Shown here in pieces: positions 50,458 through 59,599 of a stretch of DNA of 64,000 bases. The notes under the pieces were generated by a model. The model was not told where the DNA came from and ran no database searches. It was given only the letters and a program-made list of their open reading frames with translations. The position numbers and the translations under genes are program-made. Source of the DNA: an uncultured delta proteobacterium (lineage in GTDB: Bacteria; Desulfobacterota; Syntrophia; Syntrophales; UBA2192). Every line of letters begins with the position of its first letter. Within the stretch, counting starts at the first letter, position 1. The DNA is taken from assembly GCA_963705165.1 (NCBI GenBank), contig CAVPJD010000007.1, positions 1 to 64,000 of the forward strand, given 5' to 3'.

Positions 50458-51228
50458 TCAATGGAAGCTCTGGACGAGCGATCCGATGATGAGATACCAG
50501 CCGTCGACGAGCACGAACAGCAGGAGCTTGAAAGGCAGGCTGATCATGACCGGGGGCAGCATCATCATCCCCATCGACAGCAGGATACTGGCCACGACCA
50601 TGTCGATGACCAGGAAGGGGATGTAGATGAGAAACCCGATCTGAAAGGCCGTCTTCAGCTCGCTGATCACGAAGGCCGGAATGAGCGCCAAAAGGCCGAC
50701 ATCGGCTTGTTTTTCAGGTTTCTTCCCTCCGGAGATCTTGATGAACAGCTCCATGTCCTTCTCGCGGGTCTGCTTCAGCATGAAGTCCCGGATCGGGTCC
50801 GCCGCCTTGTCGAAGGCCTGCTGCGTGGAGATCTGCTCGTTCATGTAAGGCTGGATGGCGTCGCTGTTCACCTTCTGCCAGACGGGCGTCATGATGAAGA
50901 AGGTCAGAAATAGCGACAGCCCGACGATGATCTGGTTTGCCGGCATCTGCTGGGTCCCCAGGGCGTGCCTCAGGATCGACAGCACGACAACGATCCGCGT
51001 GAAGGAGGTCACCATCATGAGAATCGCCGGGGCGAGCGAAAGCACCGTGAGCAGCAGCAGGAGCTGCATCACCACGGCCACCTTGCCCGGCTCGCCGGAT
51101 CCGTCGCCGAAGTTCAGGCTGACCGAGGGGATGGGCATGTTCTGCGCCCCCGCCGGCCCTGCCAGGGCAAGCCCGGCGACAGCAGACAACACGAGCGCAA
51201 GCAGGATCCTGTAATAAGTCCGGCTCAT
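50458..51228 (-). CDS. fliP: Flagellar export protein FliP
   Basis: TSFTRI, PAF.ISELKTAFQIGF, MGMMMLPP..ISLPFK..DGW. Confidence 0.98.
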   Translation of the reverse strand: MSRTYYRILLALVLSAVAGLALAGPAGAQNMPIPSVSLNFGDGSGEPGKVAVVMQLLLLLTVLSLAPAILMMVTSFTRIVVVLSILRHALGTQQMPANQIIVGLSLFLTFFIMTPVWQKVNSDAIQPYMNEQISTQQAFDKAADPIRDFMLKQTREKDMELFIKISGGKKPEKQADVGLLALIPAFVISELKTAFQIGFLIYIPFLVIDMVVASILLSMGMMMLPPVMISLPFKLLLFVLVDGWYLIIGSLVQSFH

Positions 51229-51629
51229 GGTTCCTTGTTCAGTCGGGAGCCTGCCAGGCTCAGGGTTTTCAGTTTGCGTTTGTACAGGGTGATCTGGTCA
51301 AGGAAGGGCTGCGAGGACGAATCATCGGTCCGGGATGACCTCAGGCGCTCGAGGGACTCCTCGTCGGTGATGGTGGTGAGCATGGAGATCTGGCTGGGAG
51401 TCACGCCGACGACGATCACGCTGCCCAGCACATCGAGGAGCATAATGCTCGACTTCGGGCCCAGGTAGCGGGAGGACAGGACCCGGATCTTCTGCCCGTC
51501 GTCCACGCCCGTGCCCGTCTTTTTCATGAACTTCCGGACGGCCCAGAGAGCGGCGAGCATAACCCCGAGAACGACGGCCAGGGCCGAGATCATCTTCACA
51601 AGCGATGCGAGAAAATCGAAGGTACCCAT
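51225..51629 (-). CDS. fliO: Flagellar protein FliO
   Basis: TM, then I.VL...LGPK..I.L..V....VVGVT...I..L; lies between fliN and fliP. Confidence 0.9.
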   Translation of the reverse strand: MGTFDFLASLVKMISALAVVLGVMLAALWAVRKFMKKTGTGVDDGQKIRVLSSRYLGPKSSIMLLDVLGSVIVVGVTPSQISMLTTITDEESLERLRSSRTDDSSSQPFLDQITLYKRKLKTLSLAGSRLNKEP

Positions 51630-51647
51630 GGGACTCCGTTCCCCCTC

Positions 51648-52103
51648 TCAGCGAAGCTTAAGGATGCGCTCGGCCGGGGAGATGATATCCGTCAGGCGGA
51701 CGCCGAATTTCTCGTTGATGACGACGACCTCCCCGCGCGCGATCAGGCGCTGATTCACATAGACGTCCATGGGCTCGCCGGCGATCTTCTGCAGTTCGAC
51801 GACGGATCCCTGGCCGAGCTGCAGCAGTTCGTTGATCAGGATCCGGCACCGGCCCAGCTCCACGGTGAGCGTCAGCGGGATGTCGAGGATGAAATCGAGA
51901 TCGAAGACCGCCCGGCCGCCGCCCGTCTTCTGCAGTTCGTTGAAATCGGGATCGCTGACTTCCGTCCGGGGCGGGGCCTGCCTGGATTTCTCCAGCTCGT
52001 CCTTGACGTCGTCCCAGCCGATTTCGCCCTCCTGCCCGGACGGGGCGCTCCCGGCCTCCTTGTTGATCTCCTGCATCATGCTGTCTACTTCACTCTGTTC
52101 CAT
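51648..52103 (-). CDS. fliN: Motor switch protein FliN
   Basis: ILDIPL.LTVELGR, LGQGSVVEL..AGEP, IARGEVVV..FGVR. Confidence 0.97.
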   Translation of the reverse strand: MEQSEVDSMMQEINKEAGSAPSGQEGEIGWDDVKDELEKSRQAPPRTEVSDPDFNELQKTGGGRAVFDLDFILDIPLTLTVELGRCRILINELLQLGQGSVVELQKIAGEPMDVYVNQRLIARGEVVVINEKFGVRLTDIISPAERILKLR

Positions 52104-53091
52104 AGTACCGAGCCTCTTTTCCCTGAATCGTTCCCGCAATCTGAATCGCGCTGTTGCCCTTGTAGACACCCGGGAAGGCGGTGAGTTTCTGGACGCCCTC
52201 CACGAAAATGTCGAGAGGGTCGACACGGTAGCGGTCGAGCATGATGACGTCTCCCTTCTTGAGGTCGACGACCTCCTTGCCGCTCACCTCGGACCGCCCC
52301 AACTCCACGATGAGCTCCACCCGCGAGGCCATGAGCCCGTCCTTGAACCGGTTGGCCCACTCGCGGTCCACCTCCAACGCGTCGCTCTGGAAGCCCGCCT
52401 GCAGCTTCTCGCGCACGGGCTCCAGCATCGAGTAGGGGATGCAGATGGAGACGATGCCCGAGGAGAATTCCATCTCGATCTCGAAGTGGACGACGACGAC
52501 GACGTCGGTGAGCGGCACGATGTGGGCGAACTGGGGATTGATCTCGGAGCGCTGATGGCTGATCTTCACCTCGAGAATGGCCTTCCAGGCCTTCTCGAAA
52601 TCGGTGAGCGCGCTGAGCACAACGCGCTTGATGAGGCGGTTTTCAATGGCGGTAAATTCGCGGCCCTCGATCTTGAAGCTCGACTGTCCCGAGCCGCCGA
52701 AGAGAATGTCCACCAGCGAAAAGATCACTTTCGACTCGACGACGAAGATGGCGCTGCCCCGAAGCGGATCCATCCTGAAGATGTGAAGGCTCGTCGGGAC
52801 GGGTAGGGTTTTCATAAACTCGCCGAACTTCATCATCTCGACGGACAGCGTGCTCACCCCGACAACCCGGCGCAGGAGCGCAGAAAGGCTCAGCCGGAAC
52901 AGGCGGGAGAATTTCTCCGTCGTCATCTCGAAGGTGGGCATCCTCCCCCGGATGATCCGGTCCTGGCTTGTCAGGTCATAGGCAAGGACATCGCCGGGCT
53001 CGCGCTGCTCGGCCCGGTCTGTGTCGATCTCCCCGCCCGAAAGGCCTTTCAAGAGGACGTCTATCTCTTCCTGGGAAAGTATGTTGGTCAT
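52090..53091 (-). CDS. fliM: Motor switch protein FliM
   Basis: ILSQEEID.LL, RIIRGRMPT, FGG.G, REFT.IE, E.NPQF. Confidence 0.98.
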   Translation of the reverse strand: MTNILSQEEIDVLLKGLSGGEIDTDRAEQREPGDVLAYDLTSQDRIIRGRMPTFEMTTEKFSRLFRLSLSALLRRVVGVSTLSVEMMKFGEFMKTLPVPTSLHIFRMDPLRGSAIFVVESKVIFSLVDILFGGSGQSSFKIEGREFTAIENRLIKRVVLSALTDFEKAWKAILEVKISHQRSEINPQFAHIVPLTDVVVVVHFEIEMEFSSGIVSICIPYSMLEPVREKLQAGFQSDALEVDREWANRFKDGLMASRVELIVELGRSEVSGKEVVDLKKGDVIMLDRYRVDPLDIFVEGVQKLTAFPGVYKGNSAIQIAGTIQGKEARYYGTE

Positions 53092-53138
53092 AATCGAATC
53101 GGTCTATCCCGTCCTATGAAAAATGTTTCCTTAATCTT

Positions 53139-53402
53139 CCTCTCCCCTCCGAGGGAGAGGATTGAGGTCCTTCGACATCCTTCGATGAACTCAGGACAGG
53201 CGCTCAGGATGACTTCTCTGTTCGCCATGGTGAGCCTGTCGAACCATCACCCTCACCCTGACCCTCTCCCCTCAAGGGAGAGGGAAATAAAGGAAAGGGT
53301 CACTGACAGGTCTGTTCCGTCTGTTCCGTCCAAATCCCCCTATTTCCCTCTTTTGCAAAGGGTGATGACCGGGGGATTTCTTGCCTTTAGCCTTTAGCCT
53401 TT
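53139..53402. repeat. Composite of nested palindromic and short tandem repeats
   Basis: Two CCTCTCCC..GGGAGAGG hairpins enclosing CTTCGAC..CTCAGGATGAC / GAGCCTGTCGAA units, followed by a 9-mer repeat, a CCCCC..GGGGG hairpin and a heptamer repeat. Confidence 0.7.
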
Positions 53403-53902
53403 TATTGCACGACAAAGTCCGTAAAATACACCTGGACGACTTTGCCTTTCGTCATCTGATTATTGAGCCGCAGGGCAATCTCTTCCTTGAGACGCTGTTT
53501 GCCCTCGAAGTTGTTCACGTCCTTGAGACCCTTTACGGTAAGCACGCTCAGGACCATATCGCGGACCTTGGGCTTCATCACGTCGAGTTCGGCCACGGCG
53601 AGAGGGTCCGAGAGCTCGAAATTCATGATCACCTTGAGATACCGGTCGGCATCGGCGTCGGCCAGGTTGATGATGAACACATCGGGGGCCCAGACGGCGC
53701 CGATCGGGGGTTTTGCGGGGGCCTGGGCTTCCTTGTTTGCCGACTTGTTCAGGAAGAAATAGCCCCCGGCACCACCGCCGCCCAGCACCAGCAGAACGAC
53801 GATGCCGATGATGATCCACTTGAGCTTCGAGCCCTTCTTCTTTTCCTTGCCGCCCTCGGCAACCTGTTCTTCCGGTTTGTTCTTTTCGACGTCCTTGGCC
53901 AT
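53402..53902 (-). CDS. fliL: Flagellar basal-body protein FliL
   Basis: KKK..TM..GGGGAGGYFF, FIINLAD..RYLK, KVRD, VYFTDFVVQ. Confidence 0.95.
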   Translation of the reverse strand: MAKDVEKNKPEEQVAEGGKEKKKGSKLKWIIIGIVVLLVLGGGGAGGYFFLNKSANKEAQAPAKPPIGAVWAPDVFIINLADADADRYLKVIMNFELSDPLAVAELDVMKPKVRDMVLSVLTVKGLKDVNNFEGKQRLKEEIALRLNNQMTKGKVVQVYFTDFVVQ

Positions 53903-53952
53903 GCTTCCCCCATTTTGCTCTTGCGAGTTCGCTCTTCGGCACGCGCCCCGCG

Positions 53953-53968
53953 TGCATGCTGCCTGCCG
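53953..53968 (-). promoter_or_regulatory. Putative sigma54 promoter of fliL
   Basis: Minus strand CGGCAGGCAGCATGCA (GG-N10-GC). Confidence 0.45.
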
Positions 53969-54268
53969 GGCCCCGGAGCATCCGACACCGGGTACCGGCC
54001 CCCGCGCCGCCCGACCCGCCACGGAAAGTCCCGGGTGCCGAATCCACGGGCGAAACTCGCGAGCTGCACAGGTGCACATTCGATATGAGCAAATTCCATA
54101 CCAACCGAAACAGAAGGATTTTCAAGAGATTCCGGCCGACAGAGCCTGCCGGCAGAAGGATGCGGAAGGATGGTGCGCCAACCCGCGGCCAAGCCGGGCG
54201 CAATAAGGCATCCGGAGAGGGCGCGGAGTGCCCTGAACGGGTCAACAATTTGACGGTACGCAACAGAG

Positions 54269-54320
54269 CGCCGGGCTGCCCCCGCCCTGCGGCTTACCGC
54301 AAACCAGGGGCAACCCGGCG
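54269..54320 (-). terminator. Stem-loop after flgE
   Basis: CGCCGGGCTGCCCC ... GGGGCAACCCGGCG. Confidence 0.6.
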
Positions 54321-54327
54321 GATTAAA

Positions 54328-55865
54328 TTACCGCTTGGTGTTCATCAGTGCCGTCATCATGTCATCGGTGGTTGTGATGATCTTGGCGCTAGCCTGGTAG
54401 GCCCTCTGGGCCGTGATCATGTTGATGAACTCGGTGCCGATATCGGTGTTCGACATCTCCAGGGAATTGGATTTCACTTCGCCAAGCCCCCCGGATCCGG
54501 GAACGTTGATGATCGCTTGTCCCGAGGTGAGGGTCTCACTGAAGAGGTTCTGCCCCATCTTCTTGAGGCCCCAGGGGTTGGCAAAGTCGGCCAGGGCGAT
54601 CTGGCCCAGCGCGGTCGTCTGGCCGTTGGTAAAGTATCCCGTGATAATGCCGTTGCCCTCGATGGCAAGGCTCTTGAGGACTCCGGAAGGATATCCGTTG
54701 CTGTTCAGGGCCTTGACGGCCGATGCGGAGGCGTATCCGGTGATCGTCTGAGCGCGGGCCGACGAGATGTCCCAGGTCAGGCTGTTGGAGGAACCGATGG
54801 TGGCCCCGTTGGCGAGTTGGGTCCCGTCAACGGTCACAGAGATATCCACCGGGGTCGATGGCCGTCCGGTTGAGGGTCAATGTCGCCGTATCGCCTGAAG
54901 CCCACGCGTTGGCAAGGGAGATCGTGATATCGGCCGTCCCCGAATTGTCGAGATCGATCGTCAGGGAGTCATCGGAGCCCGCAGTGCCATAGCCGAGAAT
55001 CCTTGCGGTCGGGTACTGGGTGGAGGCAATGCCCCACGTGTCGGCACTAGCCCCGCGGGTCAGGGTGACGGTCCCGCTCTGGTAGATATTTCCCGTGTGG
55101 CCCGGGGTGATGGCCACGCCGCTGACCGTCCCGGTCCCGGCGGTGACTTCGGAGCCCGAGGCCGTGGAGTTGTAGACCGACTCAAGGTTGCCGCTCCCGT
55201 CGAAGACAAACCCGCTGTAATTCTGCGAGACGACGGCGTTGCCGTCCAGAGTCGCGGCGGCACCCCAGGTCCCGTCACCCTCGGTCTTCGTGTAGGTCAC
55301 GGCCAGGGTGTGGGCCGCGCCCAGCGTGTCGTAGACCGTCTGGGAAGAGTAGAAGCTGTCGCCCACTACAGCCCTGGCGTCGAGGTTGAGCCCGACGGAG
55401 AAGGTCGTCGGTGGTGACCGGAGCCGACTGGGCGCCGCTGGTGTTGACGTCACCCAGCGATGCCGAACCCGGCGCGTAGCCCTGGATACGGTAATTGTTG
55501 ACGTCGACAAGATACCCATTTCCGTCGATGTGCATGGCCCCGGCCCGCGTGTAATACGAGGAGCCGCCGCTGTCCTGGGCAATGAAAAAGCCGCCTCCGT
55601 CGACGGCCAGGTCGAGGCCGCTGGCGGTGGACTCGAGGGAGCCCTGGCTGAACTGGGTGGCCACGTCGGCCACGGTAACGCCCTGGCCGATCTGCATCAT
55701 GCCCGACGAGCCGCCGGAGAGGCTCTGGCTCAGCACGTTGGCAAAATAGGCCTTCCCCGCTTTGAAGCCCATCGTGTTGGAGTTGGCGATGTTGTTACCG
55801 ATGACGTCCAGTTGTTTCGAGCTGGCATTCAATCCCGAGATTGCGATCCACAGTGCACTTCCCAT
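54328..55865 (-). CDS. flgE: Flagellar hook protein FlgE, two frameshifts
   Basis: VIGNNIANSNT.GFK, DLAV.G.GFF, YTRAG, VYD.LG..H, LEMSN.D...EF..MI.AQR.YQA; removing bases near 55410 and 54852 gives 512 codons. Confidence 0.95.
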
Positions 55866-55916
55866 CTCTATATCCTCCTGGTTTCCTCAGCCTTTATTTC
55901 CATTTTCATTCGTCTT

Positions 55917-56568
55917 CTACTGCTTCACGGAAACGACGTCGCTCAAAGCGATCTCCTGCCCGCCCACGCTGAGGTAGGTGGCACCGTCATGGAAATTCAC
56001 GCCGGTCACTGCTCCCTGGGTCATGGTACTGGCATTGACGGACTTGCCGGACTGGCCGAGGGCGCTCACCGCAAAGGTGTAGGTTCCCTTTGCGGAGCCG
56101 GGACAGTTCCACGTGACGGAATTCAGCCCCTGCTTCTGGTTCTTGAAGCTGAGGGTGTCCACCAACTGCCCGTTCGGATCATAGACCTGGATCTGCCCGC
56201 TGACGGCATCCCCGGCGAGGTTGTAGCCGAGCGTCACGGGGTTCCCGTTTACGCTGACTGCGTCACCCTTGGCCAGGACCTGTTTGCCGATGAGGTTCAC
56301 GGCCTGCGCGTTGCCCAGCGACTGCTGCTGCTGGGTGAAGGAGGTCAGCTGGGTATTGATGTTCTGGAGCTGCTCCAGGCTGGAGAACTGGGCCAGCTGC
56401 GCCGTGAAGGCCGTGCCGTCCATGGGGTTCATCGGGTCCTGGTGCTTGAGCTGGGCGAACGAGCATCTTCAGGAACTCGTCCTTGCCCATGACATTTTTG
56501 GTGCTGGCCGTCGTGGTGGTCGTCGTCGCAGCGCCTGCCGCGGACTGTATCGTGCTCGTGTCACTCAT
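55917..56568 (-). CDS. flgD: Hook capping protein FlgD, one frameshift
   Basis: MGKDEFLKMLV / AQLKHQDPMNPMD...FTAQLAQFSSLEQL; removing 1 base near 56458 gives 217 codons. Confidence 0.95.
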
Positions 56569-56597
56569 GGTTGAACTCCTCCCGGTTTCACTTTCCG

Positions 56598-57989
56598 TCA
56601 TGCAAAGATGCTGATTCCGCTATCCCCTGTTCGGAGAGGCCGCGCCGGTGGCCCCTGGGCGGCATGCCCCGATTCCTTTTCGTGTTTTCGTTCTTCTCTC
56701 CCGGCAGAATTCTCGCGGTCAAACCCCGCCTCCTGCCAGAAGTTCGAGCCGGCATCGTCGGGCCGGTTCTGGACGAGGACCTCCAGGCGGTCGATCTGGA
56801 ACCCCTTGTCCTGAAGGGCATTGCGCAGATCGTCCATGCCGGCCTGGAGCATCTGCTTGACCTCCTGGTTGTCGGCCAGCATGACCATCTTCACGCGGTT
56901 GTCCTGCACGACGACATCGAGATCCAGCGTACCGAGCCGGGGAGGCTGAAGGGTCATGGTCACCCGGCCGGAGCCTTCCCGAAGGATCTGGGTCGCCCCG
57001 TCGAGGACCTGGCTCATCACGGCCTGCGGCCTTGCAGGCGCAGCGCTGTCTATTCCCCTGCCCGGAAGAACGGAAATCGTTCCGGCGCCGGCGGGCACAT
57101 CGCGAATCTCGGGAATTGTATCGAACGGGGCTCCCTGTTTTTTCGCCTGGCCCGCTGAGGTCAATTTGTCCTGCGTGTTCTCCATCAGGTTTGCAAATTC
57201 CTGCTTCACCTTATCCGCCGAAGAAATGGACTGGAATTCCTTTCCCTCACCCTCGGGGACGTCGCGCAGGATAAATGCCTGCTGAGCCTTCCCCGATTTT
57301 CCGCTTTTGAGTTTTTGCGGACGCTGAGCGTCGTCACCGCCCGAGAGATTCTTGAGCACCTCCCCTTCCTTTGCCATCATCGACTTGACGGCACCGATCC
57401 CTTCGCGGCGGGTCAGAGGCTCGCCGTTGACGAACCCCGTCACCTGGGCCGCCTTTTTCTGCACGGCCAGGTTGCCGTTCTTCTGGATCATCTCCTTCAG
57501 CAGGGCCTCCTCGGCAGGGTTCAGGGCTCCCTTTTTCGTCGGATCGGCCGACTGCACGGCTTGCTGGCTATCCCCGTTGAGCTCCTTTTTCGTGCCCGCC
57601 TTCATGGCCGCACCTGCCAGTTCCTTCGCGTTCTCCAGCGTCTCTTTGGCCTGCACTTCGACAAAGGGCTGCTTGAGTCGCTGCTTGCCGGCAGCGAGCT
57701 GCCCGTTCACCAGCAGGAGCGCTTCCTCGCCTTGCTTGAGACCGGTATGCTTGGTCTTCATGGCAGGCTCTTTCGTCGTTTGCGCCTCTGTGCCGATCTT
57801 GAGATCCTGCCTCTTGGACTGGAGGATCTCGGCAAAAGACACGGTAAGCGCTGCTGCCGCGGCGGCTGCGTCTCTGGTTTCGTCCTGGTCGTCGCGTTTC
57901 TTGCCGGGGGCAACGTCGCGGCTCTTGGGCGCTTCCGGAAGGGCAACGGGGTCAAGTTGAATCGGCATGACTGGAGAATCCATGTTCAC
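56598..57989 (-). CDS. fliK: Hook-length control protein FliK
   Basis: Low-complexity N-terminus, C-terminal L.PP.LG.L..L..AL..KG; directly upstream of flgD. Confidence 0.92.
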   Translation of the reverse strand: MNMDSPVMPIQLDPVALPEAPKSRDVAPGKKRDDQDETRDAAAAAAALTVSFAEILQSKRQDLKIGTEAQTTKEPAMKTKHTGLKQGEEALLLVNGQLAAGKQRLKQPFVEVQAKETLENAKELAGAAMKAGTKKELNGDSQQAVQSADPTKKGALNPAEEALLKEMIQKNGNLAVQKKAAQVTGFVNGEPLTRREGIGAVKSMMAKEGEVLKNLSGGDDAQRPQKLKSGKSGKAQQAFILRDVPEGEGKEFQSISSADKVKQEFANLMENTQDKLTSAGQAKKQGAPFDTIPEIRDVPAGAGTISVLPGRGIDSAAPARPQAVMSQVLDGATQILREGSGRVTMTLQPPRLGTLDLDVVVQDNRVKMVMLADNQEVKQMLQAGMDDLRNALQDKGFQIDRLEVLVQNRPDDAGSNFWQEAGFDRENSAGREERKHEKESGHAAQGPPARPLRTGDSGISIFA

Positions 57990-58017
57990 TCCTCAATGGG
58001 TTGTGACGAAGACGTTG

Positions 58018-58033
58018 AGCAACGCCTGTGCCA
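58018..58033 (-). promoter_or_regulatory. Sigma54 promoter of fliK-flgD-flgE
   Basis: Minus strand TGGCACAGGCGTTGCT, near consensus. Confidence 0.85.
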
Positions 58034-58040
58034 TCAAAAA

Positions 58041-58416
58041 CAGGCACCAGGCATCAGGCATCAGGCATCAGGCAGGAATAGGGGCATACGGCTTGAATTC
58101 ATTGCGTTTCTTTTTTGCCCCGACACCTGCAGCCGCTGTCTTTCTGCAGCACAAAACCGGGATTGGAGAGAGAAAAATATGGGGGCTCGGGCAATTATTG
58201 CCTGCCGCTCGCCGACGGGCCCGATAAAAAATGCCCGTCGGTGGGATTCGGGATTCCGGTATAGGGACTGGAGACAATACAAAAGAGGAAACAAAAGAAA
58301 TGAAAAGAAAAAGGGGGATCGATCGTCCGATGGACTGACCGTCCCCCATGCAAATCGAATATTTTTCTCTGATCCTGAAGCCTGTTGCCTGCTGCCTGCT
58401 GCCTGTAGCCTGCTGC
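58041..58416. repeat. Inverted pair of heptamer arrays (CAGGCAT ... TGCCTGN)
   Basis: caggcac caggcat caggcat caggcat caggca (58041-58074) ... gcctgtt gcctgct gcctgct gcctgta gcctgct (58380-58414). Confidence 0.85.
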
Positions 58417-58423
58417 GAAGCAG

Positions 58424-59026
58424 CTAGTTTGCGGGTTCCGCCTTGTTCGGAGCGGACGTGATCTCCTTGGCGATCTCCGCGGCCCGCTGTGCGCCGATGT
58501 GCCCCCAGATCGCTCCCGCCTTCTTGCTCTTCATGTTCATGATGATCCCGGCGGCAAGCTTCTTGTCCATCTTCTCCAGCATGGGGCCTGCCTGGGCGGG
58601 CGCCGTGGCCTCAAAGACGGTGGCAAGATCCCTGAGCCGCTTGTCCTCGGCTGATTTCACGGTATCGAGCATGCCCGAGAGCCTGTCCTCGAGGCCCTTG
58701 AGGGCGTCGATCTTGGTGACGATCTCGCCTTTGAGTACCTGAAGCTTCTTCTCCTCCTCCTTGATCGCGCTCTCGCGGCTCTCGAGCTGCTTCTCCTTTG
58801 CGGCAAGCGAGGCGAGCAGCTTGCGCTCCTTCGCCAATGCGTCATCGCCCGCCTCGCGCGCAGGCGCCGCCTCCGGAGCCTTCTGGGACACGTTTGCGAT
58901 GGCGTGGCTGGGATCGAAGACGGAGGCATCGGGCATCATCTTCTGCAGGACTCCGCCTGCCGCCGCGATCTTGATGACGATCAGCAGGACAACCAGGATT
59001 TCACAGATTAAGATCAGTCTTTTCAT
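58424..59026 (-). CDS. MotE/FlbB-like (MgtE-N) flagellar protein
   Basis: N-terminal TM, coiled coil, L..VFE...P..A...LE.M....A..I...M...KAG.I repeats; follows fliJ. Confidence 0.85.
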   Translation of the reverse strand: MKRLILICEILVVLLIVIKIAAAGGVLQKMMPDASVFDPSHAIANVSQKAPEAAPAREAGDDALAKERKLLASLAAKEKQLESRESAIKEEEKKLQVLKGEIVTKIDALKGLEDRLSGMLDTVKSAEDKRLRDLATVFEATAPAQAGPMLEKMDKKLAAGIIMNMKSKKAGAIWGHIGAQRAAEIAKEITSAPNKAEPAN

Positions 59027-59465
59027 CGCCGGACCTCTTCAGAAACCGGATAATTCCCTGTTCGTTCAGTTCCACGGACTCCCTGTGGTTCCACTCTTTC
59101 CAGTACTGTGCGAGCTTCTTCTGTCTGAGGATCTCCATGATCTTGCGCCTCTTCACGGCCTCCAGGAGTTCCTCCCTCTTCACCTCGAGGGCCTTTTCCC
59201 CGTCCGAGACCAGGACCACCTGGGCCACCTCACGCTCCCGGAGGCTCTTGATATAGCCGAACGTGAGGGCAATCTCGGCGGCATTGAGGTTTCCGGCCTG
59301 CCGGCGCATCAATTCCGCCAGCACGCCCGCCTTCTCGCCGCGGATCGACCGGAGGTGCTCCTTCTCCCGCTCGAGACCCCGCATCTGCTCGGAAAATTCC
59401 TGCATGACCTGCTCTTCTGCAAGCTTGCGGACATTCAGGATCTGTTCAAAGCGGAACCGGAACAT
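59001..59465 (-). CDS. fliJ: Flagellar export chaperone FliJ
   Basis: MFRFRFEQIL.VR...EE, L.EA...RK..E.L..K. Confidence 0.92.
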   Translation of the reverse strand: MFRFRFEQILNVRKLAEEQVMQEFSEQMRGLEREKEHLRSIRGEKAGVLAELMRRQAGNLNAAEIALTFGYIKSLREREVAQVVLVSDGEKALEVKREELLEAVKRRKIMEILRQKKLAQYWKEWNHRESVELNEQGIIRFLKRSGDEKTDLNL

Positions 59466-59599
59466 TTTCTTTCAACCTCATGCCGAAGGGTAAAAACGGG
59501 AAAATTCCCCTTCCACTCCGCTCTTCTGCTCTTCCGCTCTTCCTCACTTCATGAACGAAAGGGCAATCAACGTCATTGCGGCCACAGCCTTTCGGGGTC

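Noticed and set aside
53903..54327. Riboswitch or motAB remnant between flgE and fliL
   Set aside because: No c-di-GMP riboswitch core or stator-like translation recognised by eye; a covariance-model search would be needed to exclude it fully.
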